From an uncultured bacterium (lineage in GTDB: Bacteria > Hydrothermota > Tepidihabitantia > SM23-42 > JAOAFX01): a DNA stretch of 64,000 nucleotides. Below are positions 7,676-16,947 of the stretch, in pieces (positions within the stretch are counted from its first letter, which is position 1; each line of letters begins with the position of its first letter). The stretch covers positions 11,837 to 75,836 of the forward strand of contig CAZLGA010000002.1 in NCBI GenBank assembly GCA_964559225.1, read 5' to 3'. The position numbers were made by a program, and so were the translations under genes. Below the pieces are notes generated by a model. It was not told where the DNA came from, ran no database searches, and saw nothing but the letters and a program-made list of their open reading frames with translations.

Positions 7676-10600
7676 ATGAATACATCTGATCAAAAAGTTG
7701 GTGCTGTCTTGGTCATTGGTGGTGGTATAGGGGGGGTCCAGGCATCTCTGGACCTTGCCGATTCTGGATTCAAAGTGTATTTGCTTGAAAAGTCCCCAAG
7801 CATTGGTGGTGTGATGGCACAACTTGATAAAACATTCCCAACCAATGATTGTTCAATGTGTATATTAGCGCCAAAACTTGTCAGTGCGGGCAGACATCCG
7901 AATATTGAATTAATAACCTATGCTGAACTTGAAAGTATCCAGGGCGAACCTGGTGAGTTCACGGTTCGTATTCTAAGAAAATCGCCATTTGTTGATTGGG
8001 ATAAATGTAATGGGTGTGGTGTATGCTGGGGAAAGTGTCCAATAAATACTCATTCTGATTTTGAATGTGGCCTGGGAAAGAGAAAGGCGATATATGTTCC
8101 GTTCCCACAGGCAGTCCCGAATAAAGCAGTTATTGATAAGGAACACTGCACATATTTCGTAAAGGGTGGTAAATGTCGGGTGTGTCAGATTCTTTGTCCA
8201 GCAAAGGCAGTAGATTTCAATATGCCTGATAAGATGATTGATATAAGTGTAGGTAGCATAATAATAAGTAGTGGCTTAAAAACTTTTGATCCTCATTTGA
8301 AAACAGTTTTTGGTTATGGTAAATATGCAAATGTAATAAAATCTATTGAGCTGGAAAGAATCTTGAACGCCTCGGGTCCGTTCCAGGGGCATCTTGTAAG
8401 ACCTTCAGACCGAAAGGAACCACAAAAACTGGCATTTATTCAATGTGTTGGTTCCAGGGATATAAAATCAGGTAATGCATATTGCTCATCAGTTTGCTGT
8501 GTATATGCAATAAAAGAGGCAATTCTAATGAAGGAGCATAATCGGTCACTTGATTGCACGATATTTTATATGGATATGAGAACATTTGGAAAGGGGTTTG
8601 AAGCATACTACAAAAGGGCAAAAGAAAAATATGGAATAAAATTTAAGCGGGCAATGGTTGGAGAAATCACTGAGTTGTCCGAGAGCAAGAATTTATTGGT
8701 CAAATATGAAGATGAGGACGGCAATCTCAATAGAGAAAATTTTGATATGGTTATTCTGTCTGTTGGACTGAGACCCGATGAAAACGCAAAAAAACTTGCT
8801 GAAATTTTGAATTTAGAATTATCCGAATTCAATTTTGTAAAATCTATTCCTTTTTCGCCGATTGAGACAGCCCAACCAGGTATATTTGTATGCGGAACCG
8901 CTTCGTCACCCAAAGATATTCCAGAAACAGTTACCGAAGCGAGCGCTGCGGCGCAGAAGGCGATTGAATTGATAAAAGAAGAAAGGCATAAACTTACGAG
9001 AAAGGTTGAATATCCTGGCGAGATTGATGTTTCGGGTGAACAACCCCGTATAGGTGTCTTTGTCTGTCATTGTGGCATAAATATTGCTGGAACAGTAAAG
9101 ATAATGGAAGTTGTTGAATATGCAAAAACATTACCGAATGTTGTATATGCAGAAAATAATCTTTATTCCTGTTCTGATGATTCCCAGCAACATATAAAAG
9201 AGATGGTTGAAAAACATAAACTGAACAGGGTTGTAGTGGCTGCATGCACACCAAGAACTCACGAACCTTTATTCCAGGAGACGATAAGAGAAAAAGGATT
9301 GAATAAATTTTTATTAGAATTTACAAATATACGAGACCAGTGCTCCTGGGTTCATTCGCAGGAACCAGAACAAGCCACTGAAAAGGCAAAAGACCTTGTT
9401 AGAATGGCGTGCGCGAGGGCAAGCCATTTGGAAGCGTTGCCAACGATTACTATTCCGGTTACACAGAGTGGGCTTATTATCGGCGGTGGTATCAGTGGAA
9501 TGAATGCAGCACTGAGCCTTGCAAATCAGGGATACAAGGTTTATCTTGTGGAAAAACAGGGAGAGCTTGGTGGAAATGCCCGGCATCTAATCTACACAAT
9601 TGATGGCAGGAATATAAAAGAATATTTGGATTCACTGATACAAAAAGTGGAGACACATCCTGATATCACGGTTCATAAGAACAGCAATATTGAATCAGTA
9701 AACGGATATATTGGTAATTTTCAGACGAGAGTAAAGAAGCAAGAAGCAGGAAATAAGAAGCAGGAAATAATTGAGATTGAACACGGCGTGATAATCATTG
9801 CAACCGGGGCTACAGAATACAAACCAGTTGAATATCATTATGGTAAGGATCCGAGAATAATTACTCAGAGAGAACTTGAAAAATTTCTATTTGACCATCA
9901 AACTATCACACCATCAGACTATAAGACGGTTGTCATGATTCAATGCGTTGGTTCACGCGATAACGAAAGAAAATATTGCAGTCGCATCTGTTGTTCTGAG
10001 GCGATAAAAAATTCCTTGCTTATTAAACAGAAGAATCCTGAAACCGAAGCCATTATATTTTATAAAGATATGAGGACGTATGGACTTAATGAGATATTCT
10101 ATCAAAAGGCAAGGGATGCTGGTGTTGTATTCATAAGATATGATGACGAGTTTAAACCTGAGATTTCTTCTCATAATGGTAAGCTTGTTGTTAAGGCAAG
10201 AGAGCCGATACTGAATGAGGAAATTGAATTACCAGCAGATCTCGTTGTTCTGTCTGCAGGAACTGTTCCGAATGAATCAAACAGGGAGATCGCCCAGTTG
10301 CTAAAAGTGCCTTTGAATGAAGATGGATTTTTTCTTGAGGCGCATATGAAACTTCGTCCGGTTGACTTTGCTACAGATGGAATATTTATTTGTGGTATGG
10401 CGCATTCACCAAAGACAATTGATGAGTCCATTGTTCAGGCTCAGGCAGCAGCATCAAGGGCAGGGATAGTTCTTTCAAAAGACACAATTGAAGTCCTGCC
10501 AGCAGTTGCCAAAGTGGATGCGGAAAAATGCATTGGTTGTGGAATTTGCGAGACGTTATGTGCTTATCAGGCACACGAGTTAAAAAAGACTGATAAGGGT

Positions 10601-10729
10601 TATCGTTCAGAAGTCATTTCCGCTTATTGTAAGGGCTGTGGTAGTTGTGCAGCGTCCTGCCCCCAGCATGCGATACTGATGAAACATTTCACAAATGACC
10701 AGATAATGGCAATGGTGGAAGCAGTATGA
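7676..10729 (+). CDS. hdrA: Large HdrA-like flavoprotein (1017 aa) with two FAD/NAD(P)-type Rossmann modules and ferredoxin-type clusters. The architecture is HdrL-like.
   Basis: N-terminal VIGGGIGGVQASLDLA. HdrA hallmark Cys clusters (CNGCGVCWGKCP; CRVCQILCP; CVGSRD...YCSSVCC). A second dinucleotide fold IIGGGISGMNAALSLA at ~res 600 with its own CVGSRD...YCSRICC segment. C-terminal 2x[4Fe-4S] (CIGCGICETLC...CKGCGSCAASCPQ). Confidence 0.88.
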   Translation: MNTSDQKVGAVLVIGGGIGGVQASLDLADSGFKVYLLEKSPSIGGVMAQLDKTFPTNDCSMCILAPKLVSAGRHPNIELITYAELESIQGEPGEFTVRILRKSPFVDWDKCNGCGVCWGKCPINTHSDFECGLGKRKAIYVPFPQAVPNKAVIDKEHCTYFVKGGKCRVCQILCPAKAVDFNMPDKMIDISVGSIIISSGLKTFDPHLKTVFGYGKYANVIKSIELERILNASGPFQGHLVRPSDRKEPQKLAFIQCVGSRDIKSGNAYCSSVCCVYAIKEAILMKEHNRSLDCTIFYMDMRTFGKGFEAYYKRAKEKYGIKFKRAMVGEITELSESKNLLVKYEDEDGNLNRENFDMVILSVGLRPDENAKKLAEILNLELSEFNFVKSIPFSPIETAQPGIFVCGTASSPKDIPETVTEASAAAQKAIELIKEERHKLTRKVEYPGEIDVSGEQPRIGVFVCHCGINIAGTVKIMEVVEYAKTLPNVVYAENNLYSCSDDSQQHIKEMVEKHKLNRVVVAACTPRTHEPLFQETIREKGLNKFLLEFTNIRDQCSWVHSQEPEQATEKAKDLVRMACARASHLEALPTITIPVTQSGLIIGGGISGMNAALSLANQGYKVYLVEKQGELGGNARHLIYTIDGRNIKEYLDSLIQKVETHPDITVHKNSNIESVNGYIGNFQTRVKKQEAGNKKQEIIEIEHGVIIIATGATEYKPVEYHYGKDPRIITQRELEKFLFDHQTITPSDYKTVVMIQCVGSRDNERKYCSRICCSEAIKNSLLIKQKNPETEAIIFYKDMRTYGLNEIFYQKARDAGVVFIRYDDEFKPEISSHNGKLVVKAREPILNEEIELPADLVVLSAGTVPNESNREIAQLLKVPLNEDGFFLEAHMKLRPVDFATDGIFICGMAHSPKTIDESIVQAQAAASRAGIVLSKDTIEVLPAVAKVDAEKCIGCGICETLCAYQAHELKKTDKGYRSEVISAYCKGCGSCAASCPQHAILMKHFTNDQIMAMVEAV

Positions 10730-10934
10730 ATACTACGACGCAGGATTGCATCGCTCGCAGGATCGTCCTGACAGGGAAGTCAAGACTCGCAGGATTATCC
10801 GCCACGAAGATTGGCGGATTTGCAGGAGATGCTTTTGCAGGTCGCAGGCGATACTGCAAATTGAATCACACTGCGAATCCCGATTTTATTATTGAGATAG
10901 ATGCTCCGAATAGTGCATCTTTTTAGGAGTTTCA

Positions 10935-11693
10935 ATGTCTGATTTTCAACCACGGATTCTTGGGTTTTTATGCAACTGGTGTTCTTATGCAGGTGCCGAC
11001 CTTGCGGGTGTATCAAGAATTCAGTATCGCCCGAATATCAGAGTGATAAGAGTGATGTGTTCGGGTAGGGTTGATCCAGTTTTCATAGTTAATGCTTTTT
11101 TGAGAAAAATTGATGGTGTTATGGTACTGGGTTGTCATTTTGGCGATTGCCATTATCTGAACGGCAATTATAATGCTGAAAAAAGGATTGTTGCTGCACA
11201 AGAGCTTTTGGCTTTTACCGAAATTGCAAAGGATAGACTATACTTAGATTGGGTATCTGCAGCAGAAGGCGAAAGGTTTGCAAATCTCGCAAACACATTC
11301 GTAAACAAAATTAGGGACATCGGTCCGATAACTATCTCAGAGCAGACCGAAGCAATGCTTTTATCGGTCAGAGATGTGCTCCAGAGTGAACTATTTAGAC
11401 ACCTGACTGGTGTGGAGTACCAGATAACCGAGAGAGAGAATGCCTATGGTGAGAAGATTCCGGCTGAGGATTTCAAGAAGAAGTTAGGTGGAATACTTTA
11501 CCAAGAGTATATTAGGGCACGCATATGTCGCTTACTGAAGAGCAACTATTATACAGTACCTGAAATTGCTCGAATTCTCAATATCGCGCCGGACCTTGCA
11601 TTTGAAAGTGTCTGTTCATTGCAGGAAAAAGGTAGTGTTTCAATGATAGAAATAAGAAATGAATATCCGATATATGGAGCTAACAAATCATAA
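10935..11693 (+). CDS. mvhD: MvhD-like protein (methyl-viologen-reducing hydrogenase delta-subunit family) fused to a ~120-aa C-terminal extension that has the look of a winged helix-turn-helix.
   Basis: N-terminal ~130 aa LGFLCNWCSYAGADLAGVSRIQYRPNIRVIRVMCSGRVDP...GCHFGDCHY is collinear with the MvhD ORF at 14980-15384. The C-terminal tail ...YTVPEIARILNIAPDLAFESVCSLQEKGSVSMIEI resembles a wHTH recognition helix plus wing. Confidence 0.8.
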   Translation: MSDFQPRILGFLCNWCSYAGADLAGVSRIQYRPNIRVIRVMCSGRVDPVFIVNAFLRKIDGVMVLGCHFGDCHYLNGNYNAEKRIVAAQELLAFTEIAKDRLYLDWVSAAEGERFANLANTFVNKIRDIGPITISEQTEAMLLSVRDVLQSELFRHLTGVEYQITERENAYGEKIPAEDFKKKLGGILYQEYIRARICRLLKSNYYTVPEIARILNIAPDLAFESVCSLQEKGSVSMIEIRNEYPIYGANKS

Positions 11694-11836
11694 TCCAAGA
11701 GTTAATAAAGATTTATGGGTTGAGGTTGGGATGCGGCTCTTTTTGAACCACTTAACCAATTACCATTTAACCAAAATATACCAGTTTATCAGCCCCAATC
11801 AAGCAACTATTCCCGGACATTTTGAAGGATACATAT

Positions 11837-14800
11837 ATGAATAAGATTGGTGCAGTCATGGTCGTGGGTGGCGGTATCGGCGGTATCCAGGCATCTCTTG
11901 ACCTGGCGAATTCTGGGTTCAAAGTCTATTTACTGGAGTCCGCCCCGGCAATAGGCGGAATAATGGCAATGCTTGATAAGACATTTCCGACAAATGATTG
12001 TTCAATGTGCATAATGGCACCTAAACTTGTTGAATGTGCACGCCATCTCAATATAAAAATTATTCCCGACGCAAGAATTGAAAGGCTTAGCGGTGGAGCG
12101 GGAAATTTTATTGTCAGGGTGCGGAAGAAAGCAAGATATGTAGATACTACAAAGTGCACAGGCTGTGGTGAATGCCGGAAACACTGTCCGATTGAAATCG
12201 CTGATAGATTTAATCAGGGATTGACAAAGAGAAAGAGTATTTATATTGACTATCCACAGGCTGTCCCCGCAGTATACGCGATTGATAAGAACAATTGTCT
12301 TGGATGTGGGGTATGTGAAAAGATATGTCTTGCTGGTGCAGTTAAATATAAAGATAGTGACACAATAGAGGACCTGAATGTTGGTTCAATAATTCTTTCT
12401 TCTGGTTCAGACGCATTTTACCCGAAGGGTTATACAAATTTTGGTTATGGTATTTATAAGAATGTTGTTACAAGCCTTGAATTTGAGCGTATTCTATCTG
12501 CTTCAGGCCCGTTTTCCGGGCATTTGCTCAGACCTTATGAAGGAAAGGCGCCAAAGAGGATTGCCTTTATTCAGTGTGTTGGTTCAAGAGACCCGCAAGC
12601 AGGGAAGGGATATTGTTCTTCAGTTTGCTGCACCTATGCGATAAAAGAAGCAATAATTGCAAAAGAGCACTCAAAGAATGGACTTGAAGCTACGATATTC
12701 TTTATGGATATCAGGACATTTGGTAAGGGCTTCGAAGATTATTATAATCGTGCCAAGAATGAATACGGTGTAAGATTTGTTCGTGCTGGTGTATCCAAAA
12801 TAGAAGAGGTTCCTGAGACGAATAACCTCATAGTGCATTACGAAGATGAAGAAGGCAAGATTATAGAAGAAGAATTTGACATGGTGATACTCTCTGTTGG
12901 TCTTGTCCCGAAGCAGGATACTGCTCAAATGGCAAGATGCTTGCGGCTTAAGCTGAATACTTATGATTTCTGTAAGACCTCTGAATTTATTCCAGTTGAC
13001 ACGATACATGACGGAATATTCGTTTGTGGTGCATTTGCGGGTCCCAAAGACATTCCTGAAACTGTTGCCCAGGCTTCTGCTGCTGCAGGTAGGGCAATGG
13101 CTTTGTTGTCTGAATCCCGGGGTAGTTTAATTGTCAGGAAAGAATATCCTCAGGAATTAGATGTATTAAATGAGAAGCCACGCATAGGAGTTTTTGTTTG
13201 CCACTGCGGAATAAATATTGGTGGGTACGTAAATGTGCCTGAGGTTGTAGAATACACAAAACAATTGCCAGATGTAGTATTTGCAGATAACAATCTTTAT
13301 ACCTGTTCCCAGGATACGCAGAAGAGAATAATTGAAAAAATCAGAGAGCATAACCTGAACCGGATTGTTGTTGCTTCGTGCACTCCGAGAACCCATGAGC
13401 CACTTTTCAGAGAGACCATTCGTGAGGCAGGTTTGAACCAGTATCTATTTGAGATGGCAAATATCCGCGACCAATGCAGTTGGATTCATATGAATGAACC
13501 ACAACCTGCAACTCAAAAAGCAAAGGATTTGGTGAAGATGGCGGTCTCAAAGGCAAGGTTACTTATGCCTTTGAAAAGGGTTGAAATTGATGTAATTCAG
13601 AAAGCGCTTGTTGTTGGTGGTGGTATTGCAGGTATGAGTTCTGCACTTCTGCTTGCGGAACAGGGATTTGAAGTTGTTCTTGTTGAGAAGGAAAAAGAAC
13701 TTGGTGGTAATCTACGACATATACACCGGACATTAGAAGACAGAGATGTACAGGATTTTTTGAAGAAGACGGTTGAAGCAGTAAGCAAAAGTAAATTGAT
13801 AAAGGTGTACACAAATGCTCGGATTGAAGATATAACAGGCTTTGTGGGGAATTACAAAACACGTATTAAAATTGGGGGGTTGGAGGCGGAAAGTGAGAAA
13901 CTGGAACAAAAGCAAGTGGAAATTGAACATGGGGTAGTCATTGTTGCAACCGGGGCTCAAGAATACAAACCCACAGAATATCTCTATGGTAAGGACCGAC
14001 GGATAATCACCCAGAAAGAACTTGAAAGAGTTATTTTTGACGATCAGACCATCAGACTGTCAAACTATGAGACTGTTGTCATGATTCAATGCGTCGGTTC
14101 GCGCGATAACGAAAGAAAATATTGCAGTCGTATATGCTGTTCTCAGGCAATAAAGAATGCCTTAAATCTTCTTGAAATAAACCCTGATACGAACATCTAT
14201 ATTATTTACAAAGATATCCGTACCTATGGATTCAAAGAAGAATTATACCGCGAGGCAAGAGGAAAAGGTATTGTCTTTATTAGATATGATGATACAAGAA
14301 AGCCAGAACTAAAAAACGAAAATGGAAAATTTAAAATAAAGGTCTTTGAACCGATTTTGAAAGAAGATTTGATAATAGATGCTGACTTGATTGTTCTTTC
14401 TTCTGGTATTATTGCAGATCCGAACAATAAAACCCTCGCAAAAATGCTAAAAGTTCCTTTGAATAGTGATGGTTTCTTCCTTGAAGCCCATGTTAAGCTA
14501 AGACCGGTTGACTTTGCAACCGAAGGTGTATTCGTAGCAGGAATGGCGCATAGTCCGATGACTATCGCTGAATCTATTACACAGGGACAGGCAGCAGCAG
14601 CACGTGCTACAACTATTTTAGCAAACAAAAAATATTATGCGGAAGCAACTGTTTCTTCAGTTAATGAAGAACTATGCGCAGGTTGCGGTATGTGTGGGGC
14701 ATTGTGTCCTTACGAGGCAATAATATATAAAGAAAAAGATGGCAAGAAAATTTCCAGTGTTAATGAGGCATTGTGTAAGGGCTGTGGGACCTGCGTTGCT

Positions 14801-14875
14801 GCTTGTCCTTCTGGTGCAATAGTTCAGTATGGTTTTACAAAAAAACAGATAATCGCAATGGTGGAAGCAATATGA
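11837..14875 (+). CDS. hdrA: Second large HdrA-like flavoprotein, a paralogue of 7676-10729. The ORF track starts at a TTG at 11822; ATG 11837 has a better RBS.
   Basis: Collinear with the first copy: VVGGGIGGIQASLDLA; CTGCGECRKHCP; CVGSRD; VVGGGIAGMSSALLLA; C-terminal CAGCGMCGALCPY...CKGCGTCVAACPS. About 75% identical over the first ~75 aa by eye. Confidence 0.88.
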   Translation: MNKIGAVMVVGGGIGGIQASLDLANSGFKVYLLESAPAIGGIMAMLDKTFPTNDCSMCIMAPKLVECARHLNIKIIPDARIERLSGGAGNFIVRVRKKARYVDTTKCTGCGECRKHCPIEIADRFNQGLTKRKSIYIDYPQAVPAVYAIDKNNCLGCGVCEKICLAGAVKYKDSDTIEDLNVGSIILSSGSDAFYPKGYTNFGYGIYKNVVTSLEFERILSASGPFSGHLLRPYEGKAPKRIAFIQCVGSRDPQAGKGYCSSVCCTYAIKEAIIAKEHSKNGLEATIFFMDIRTFGKGFEDYYNRAKNEYGVRFVRAGVSKIEEVPETNNLIVHYEDEEGKIIEEEFDMVILSVGLVPKQDTAQMARCLRLKLNTYDFCKTSEFIPVDTIHDGIFVCGAFAGPKDIPETVAQASAAAGRAMALLSESRGSLIVRKEYPQELDVLNEKPRIGVFVCHCGINIGGYVNVPEVVEYTKQLPDVVFADNNLYTCSQDTQKRIIEKIREHNLNRIVVASCTPRTHEPLFRETIREAGLNQYLFEMANIRDQCSWIHMNEPQPATQKAKDLVKMAVSKARLLMPLKRVEIDVIQKALVVGGGIAGMSSALLLAEQGFEVVLVEKEKELGGNLRHIHRTLEDRDVQDFLKKTVEAVSKSKLIKVYTNARIEDITGFVGNYKTRIKIGGLEAESEKLEQKQVEIEHGVVIVATGAQEYKPTEYLYGKDRRIITQKELERVIFDDQTIRLSNYETVVMIQCVGSRDNERKYCSRICCSQAIKNALNLLEINPDTNIYIIYKDIRTYGFKEELYREARGKGIVFIRYDDTRKPELKNENGKFKIKVFEPILKEDLIIDADLIVLSSGIIADPNNKTLAKMLKVPLNSDGFFLEAHVKLRPVDFATEGVFVAGMAHSPMTIAESITQGQAAAARATTILANKKYYAEATVSSVNEELCAGCGMCGALCPYEAIIYKEKDGKKISSVNEALCKGCGTCVAACPSGAIVQYGFTKKQIIAMVEAI

Positions 14876-14979
14876 ATATGAATTCCAGATTCCATACTCA
14901 TCAGAAATACTCAAAGATCAGAAATTGGAATTGGTTTGGTCATCGGTGGTTCGGATTTAGTACTTGATTTTGCGGAGTA

Positions 14980-15384
14980 TTGATGTCTAATTTCAAACCC
15001 AAAATAATCGTCTTCTGCTGCAACTGGTGTTCTTATGCGGGTGCTGACCTTGCAGGGGTATCAAGGCTACAAATGAACCCCAATTTTCGGGTAATAAGGA
15101 CTATGTGTTCAGGAAGGATAGAACCAGAGTTTATATTAACTGCATTCACAAAAGGGGTAGATGGTGTATTAATCACTGGATGCCATCCTGGTGACTGTCA
15201 TTATATTTCAGGTAATTATAAAACCTTGAGGCGGTATAATGCATTAAAATTACTCTTAAAAGAAATGGGTATTGATGATAGACGCCTTAAATTAGAATGG
15301 ATTTCTGCAGGGGAGGGGGCAAGATTTCAGGAGGTTATAAATAACTTCATAAAAACTATTTCCGAACTTGGACCCAAAGATTAA
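14980..15384 (+). CDS. mvhD: MvhD-like protein (134 aa, no C-terminal extension).
   Basis: IVFCCNWCSYAGADLAGVSRLQ...RVIRTMCSGRIEP...GCHPGDCHY. Confidence 0.85.
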   Translation: MMSNFKPKIIVFCCNWCSYAGADLAGVSRLQMNPNFRVIRTMCSGRIEPEFILTAFTKGVDGVLITGCHPGDCHYISGNYKTLRRYNALKLLLKEMGIDDRRLKLEWISAGEGARFQEVINNFIKTISELGPKD

Positions 15385-15502
15385 ATAGCATTTTTCCCTT
15401 ACCTCTAATAGTTTTAGTATGTATCAAAAAAGGAATTGAAGTTCTCTGAATTAAATAACGGAAAACGAGTTTTACAAAAAGGGCGGAAAGATGATAGATT
15501 GA

Positions 15503-16240
15503 TTATTTGAGGATTTCTTTCAGATTTTCCATATTTTCATAATCAGTAAGGTCAAGCTTTAAAGGAGTGATTGAGACATAGTTATTATCAACTGCCTCAA
15601 AATCAGTATCAGTATCAACATGATAGTCAAGAACCCCATCAATTACACTATACATTACACCATTCTGTTCCAGATCTCTTAAAACTTTGTCCCTGTATAT
15701 TCTTCTGCCCATTTTTGTTATTTTTTCGCCTTTAATCTCTTTTTCTGGAATGTTTACATTAAGAATGAAATTATTAATATGCTTATAAAGTAGCCGTTGT
15801 ATTAAATTTATTGAATATTTGACCGCACCTTCAAAATTGCTATAAGTCTCACCTGAAAGTGAAAGTGCAATCGCTTTTTTTATTCCAAGTGTGCCAGCCT
15901 GGAGTGCAGCCGCAACCGTCCCGGAATAGAATACATCGCTCCCCATATTGGGTCCATGATTTATGCCGGAGACCACTATCTCTATTTCTTTATTACGAAC
16001 AAGGTCATGATACGCAAGTAACACACAGTCGGTTGGTGTCCCATCAATGATAAAAAAGTCGTTCTTTAATTTTTCGACCCTTATCGGCCGGCGCAGGGTC
16101 AAAGAATGGCTTGAACCACTCTGTTGGAATCTGGGTGCAGCAACAAAAATTTCAAATTTTTTATTCTTCAATTCTTTATAGAGTGCCTGCAATCCCGCTG
16201 CGTCATAGCCATCATCATTTGTTAATAATACTAACCCCAT
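15503..16240 (-). CDS. surE: 5'/3'-nucleotidase SurE.
   Basis: N-terminal MGLVLLTNDDGYDAAGLQAL is the SurE signature. Length 245 aa. Confidence 0.9.
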   Translation of the reverse strand: MGLVLLTNDDGYDAAGLQALYKELKNKKFEIFVAAPRFQQSGSSHSLTLRRPIRVEKLKNDFFIIDGTPTDCVLLAYHDLVRNKEIEIVVSGINHGPNMGSDVFYSGTVAAALQAGTLGIKKAIALSLSGETYSNFEGAVKYSINLIQRLLYKHINNFILNVNIPEKEIKGEKITKMGRRIYRDKVLRDLEQNGVMYSVIDGVLDYHVDTDTDFEAVDNNYVSITPLKLDLTDYENMENLKEILK

Positions 16241-16899
16241 AAGAACCTCACCGCCATATTTATAAATCTTATCGTATCAAGAACGGGCATTATATAACTC
16301 CTTTCGCTATTATAAAGCGTTGCTATTGGCACGCAACCAACCCGATATCCGTTTTTTATTGTTTTATAAATAAGCTCAGACTCAGTCTGAAAATTTTTTG
16401 TTTTCAATTGAATTTTATCAAAAATTTTTAAATCAATCAATCTAAATCCAGATTGCACATCAGGTATATATTTTTTGCTCAACAAAGAGATTACCAATGA
16501 TGTGGTCCGATTCACAATTCGTCTTATAAGAGGCATATCAGGTGAGTTTTTTAGTCGCATGCCGATAATAAGGTCATACTCATTTTCAATTTTTAAAAAG
16601 TTTGGTATATCAGCAATTCTATGCTGTCCGTCCGCATCAATGGTAAATACCTTGTTGATACCCTTGGATATCGCCCTTTTAAATCCTTTATCCAGTGATG
16701 CACCTTTTCCAGTATTTTTTTCGTTCCTTAAAACATCAACTTTGTACTCAAGAGCAGTATTTCCGGTTCGGTCTTTCGAACCATCATCAATAACAATTAT
16801 TGCTTCCCGGTCAAAACCATAATCAACTAATGATTTTATTATTGCGCCAATAGTTTTTTCAGCATTATATGCAGGTATCACAATTCCAATGCGAGCCAT
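16231..16899 (-). CDS. Family-2 glycosyltransferase (dolichol-phosphate mannosyltransferase-like).
   Basis: IGIVIPAYNAEKTIGAII...VIDDGSKDRT with DxD-like IDADGQH. Confidence 0.8.
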   Translation of the reverse strand: MARIGIVIPAYNAEKTIGAIIKSLVDYGFDREAIIVIDDGSKDRTGNTALEYKVDVLRNEKNTGKGASLDKGFKRAISKGINKVFTIDADGQHRIADIPNFLKIENEYDLIIGMRLKNSPDMPLIRRIVNRTTSLVISLLSKKYIPDVQSGFRLIDLKIFDKIQLKTKNFQTESELIYKTIKNGYRVGCVPIATLYNSERSYIMPVLDTIRFINMAVRFLWG

Positions 16900-16947
16900 A
16901 GACGAATAATTTTATGCCTATTAGGGATAAAGTCAAGTATCATCAAC

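Noticed and set aside
8436-9586. Several 60-100-aa minus-strand ORFs inside hdrA (8436-8621, 8608-8913, 8994-9254, 9314-9586)
   Set aside because: All are antisense to the long HdrA reading frame and have no motifs. These are typical shadow ORFs.
10726-10926. 66-aa ORF between hdrA and mvhD as a protein-coding gene
   Set aside because: Its GC-rich, Arg/Gly/Ala-heavy composition is unlike all other genes here. The region is better explained as structured non-coding sequence, and it is retained as a finding rather than a CDS.
11659-11844. 61-aa ORF spanning the mvhD-hdrA2 spacer
   Set aside because: It overlaps the end of mvhD and the start of hdrA2 in another frame. No RBS or motifs.
12671-14628. 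Antisense ORFs within the second hdrA (e.g. 12671-13009, 13563-13862, 14224-14628)
   Set aside because: Shadow ORFs of a high-confidence gene.
16475-16822. 115-aa plus-strand ORF inside the glycosyltransferase gene
   Set aside because: Antisense to the family-2 glycosyltransferase. No motifs.
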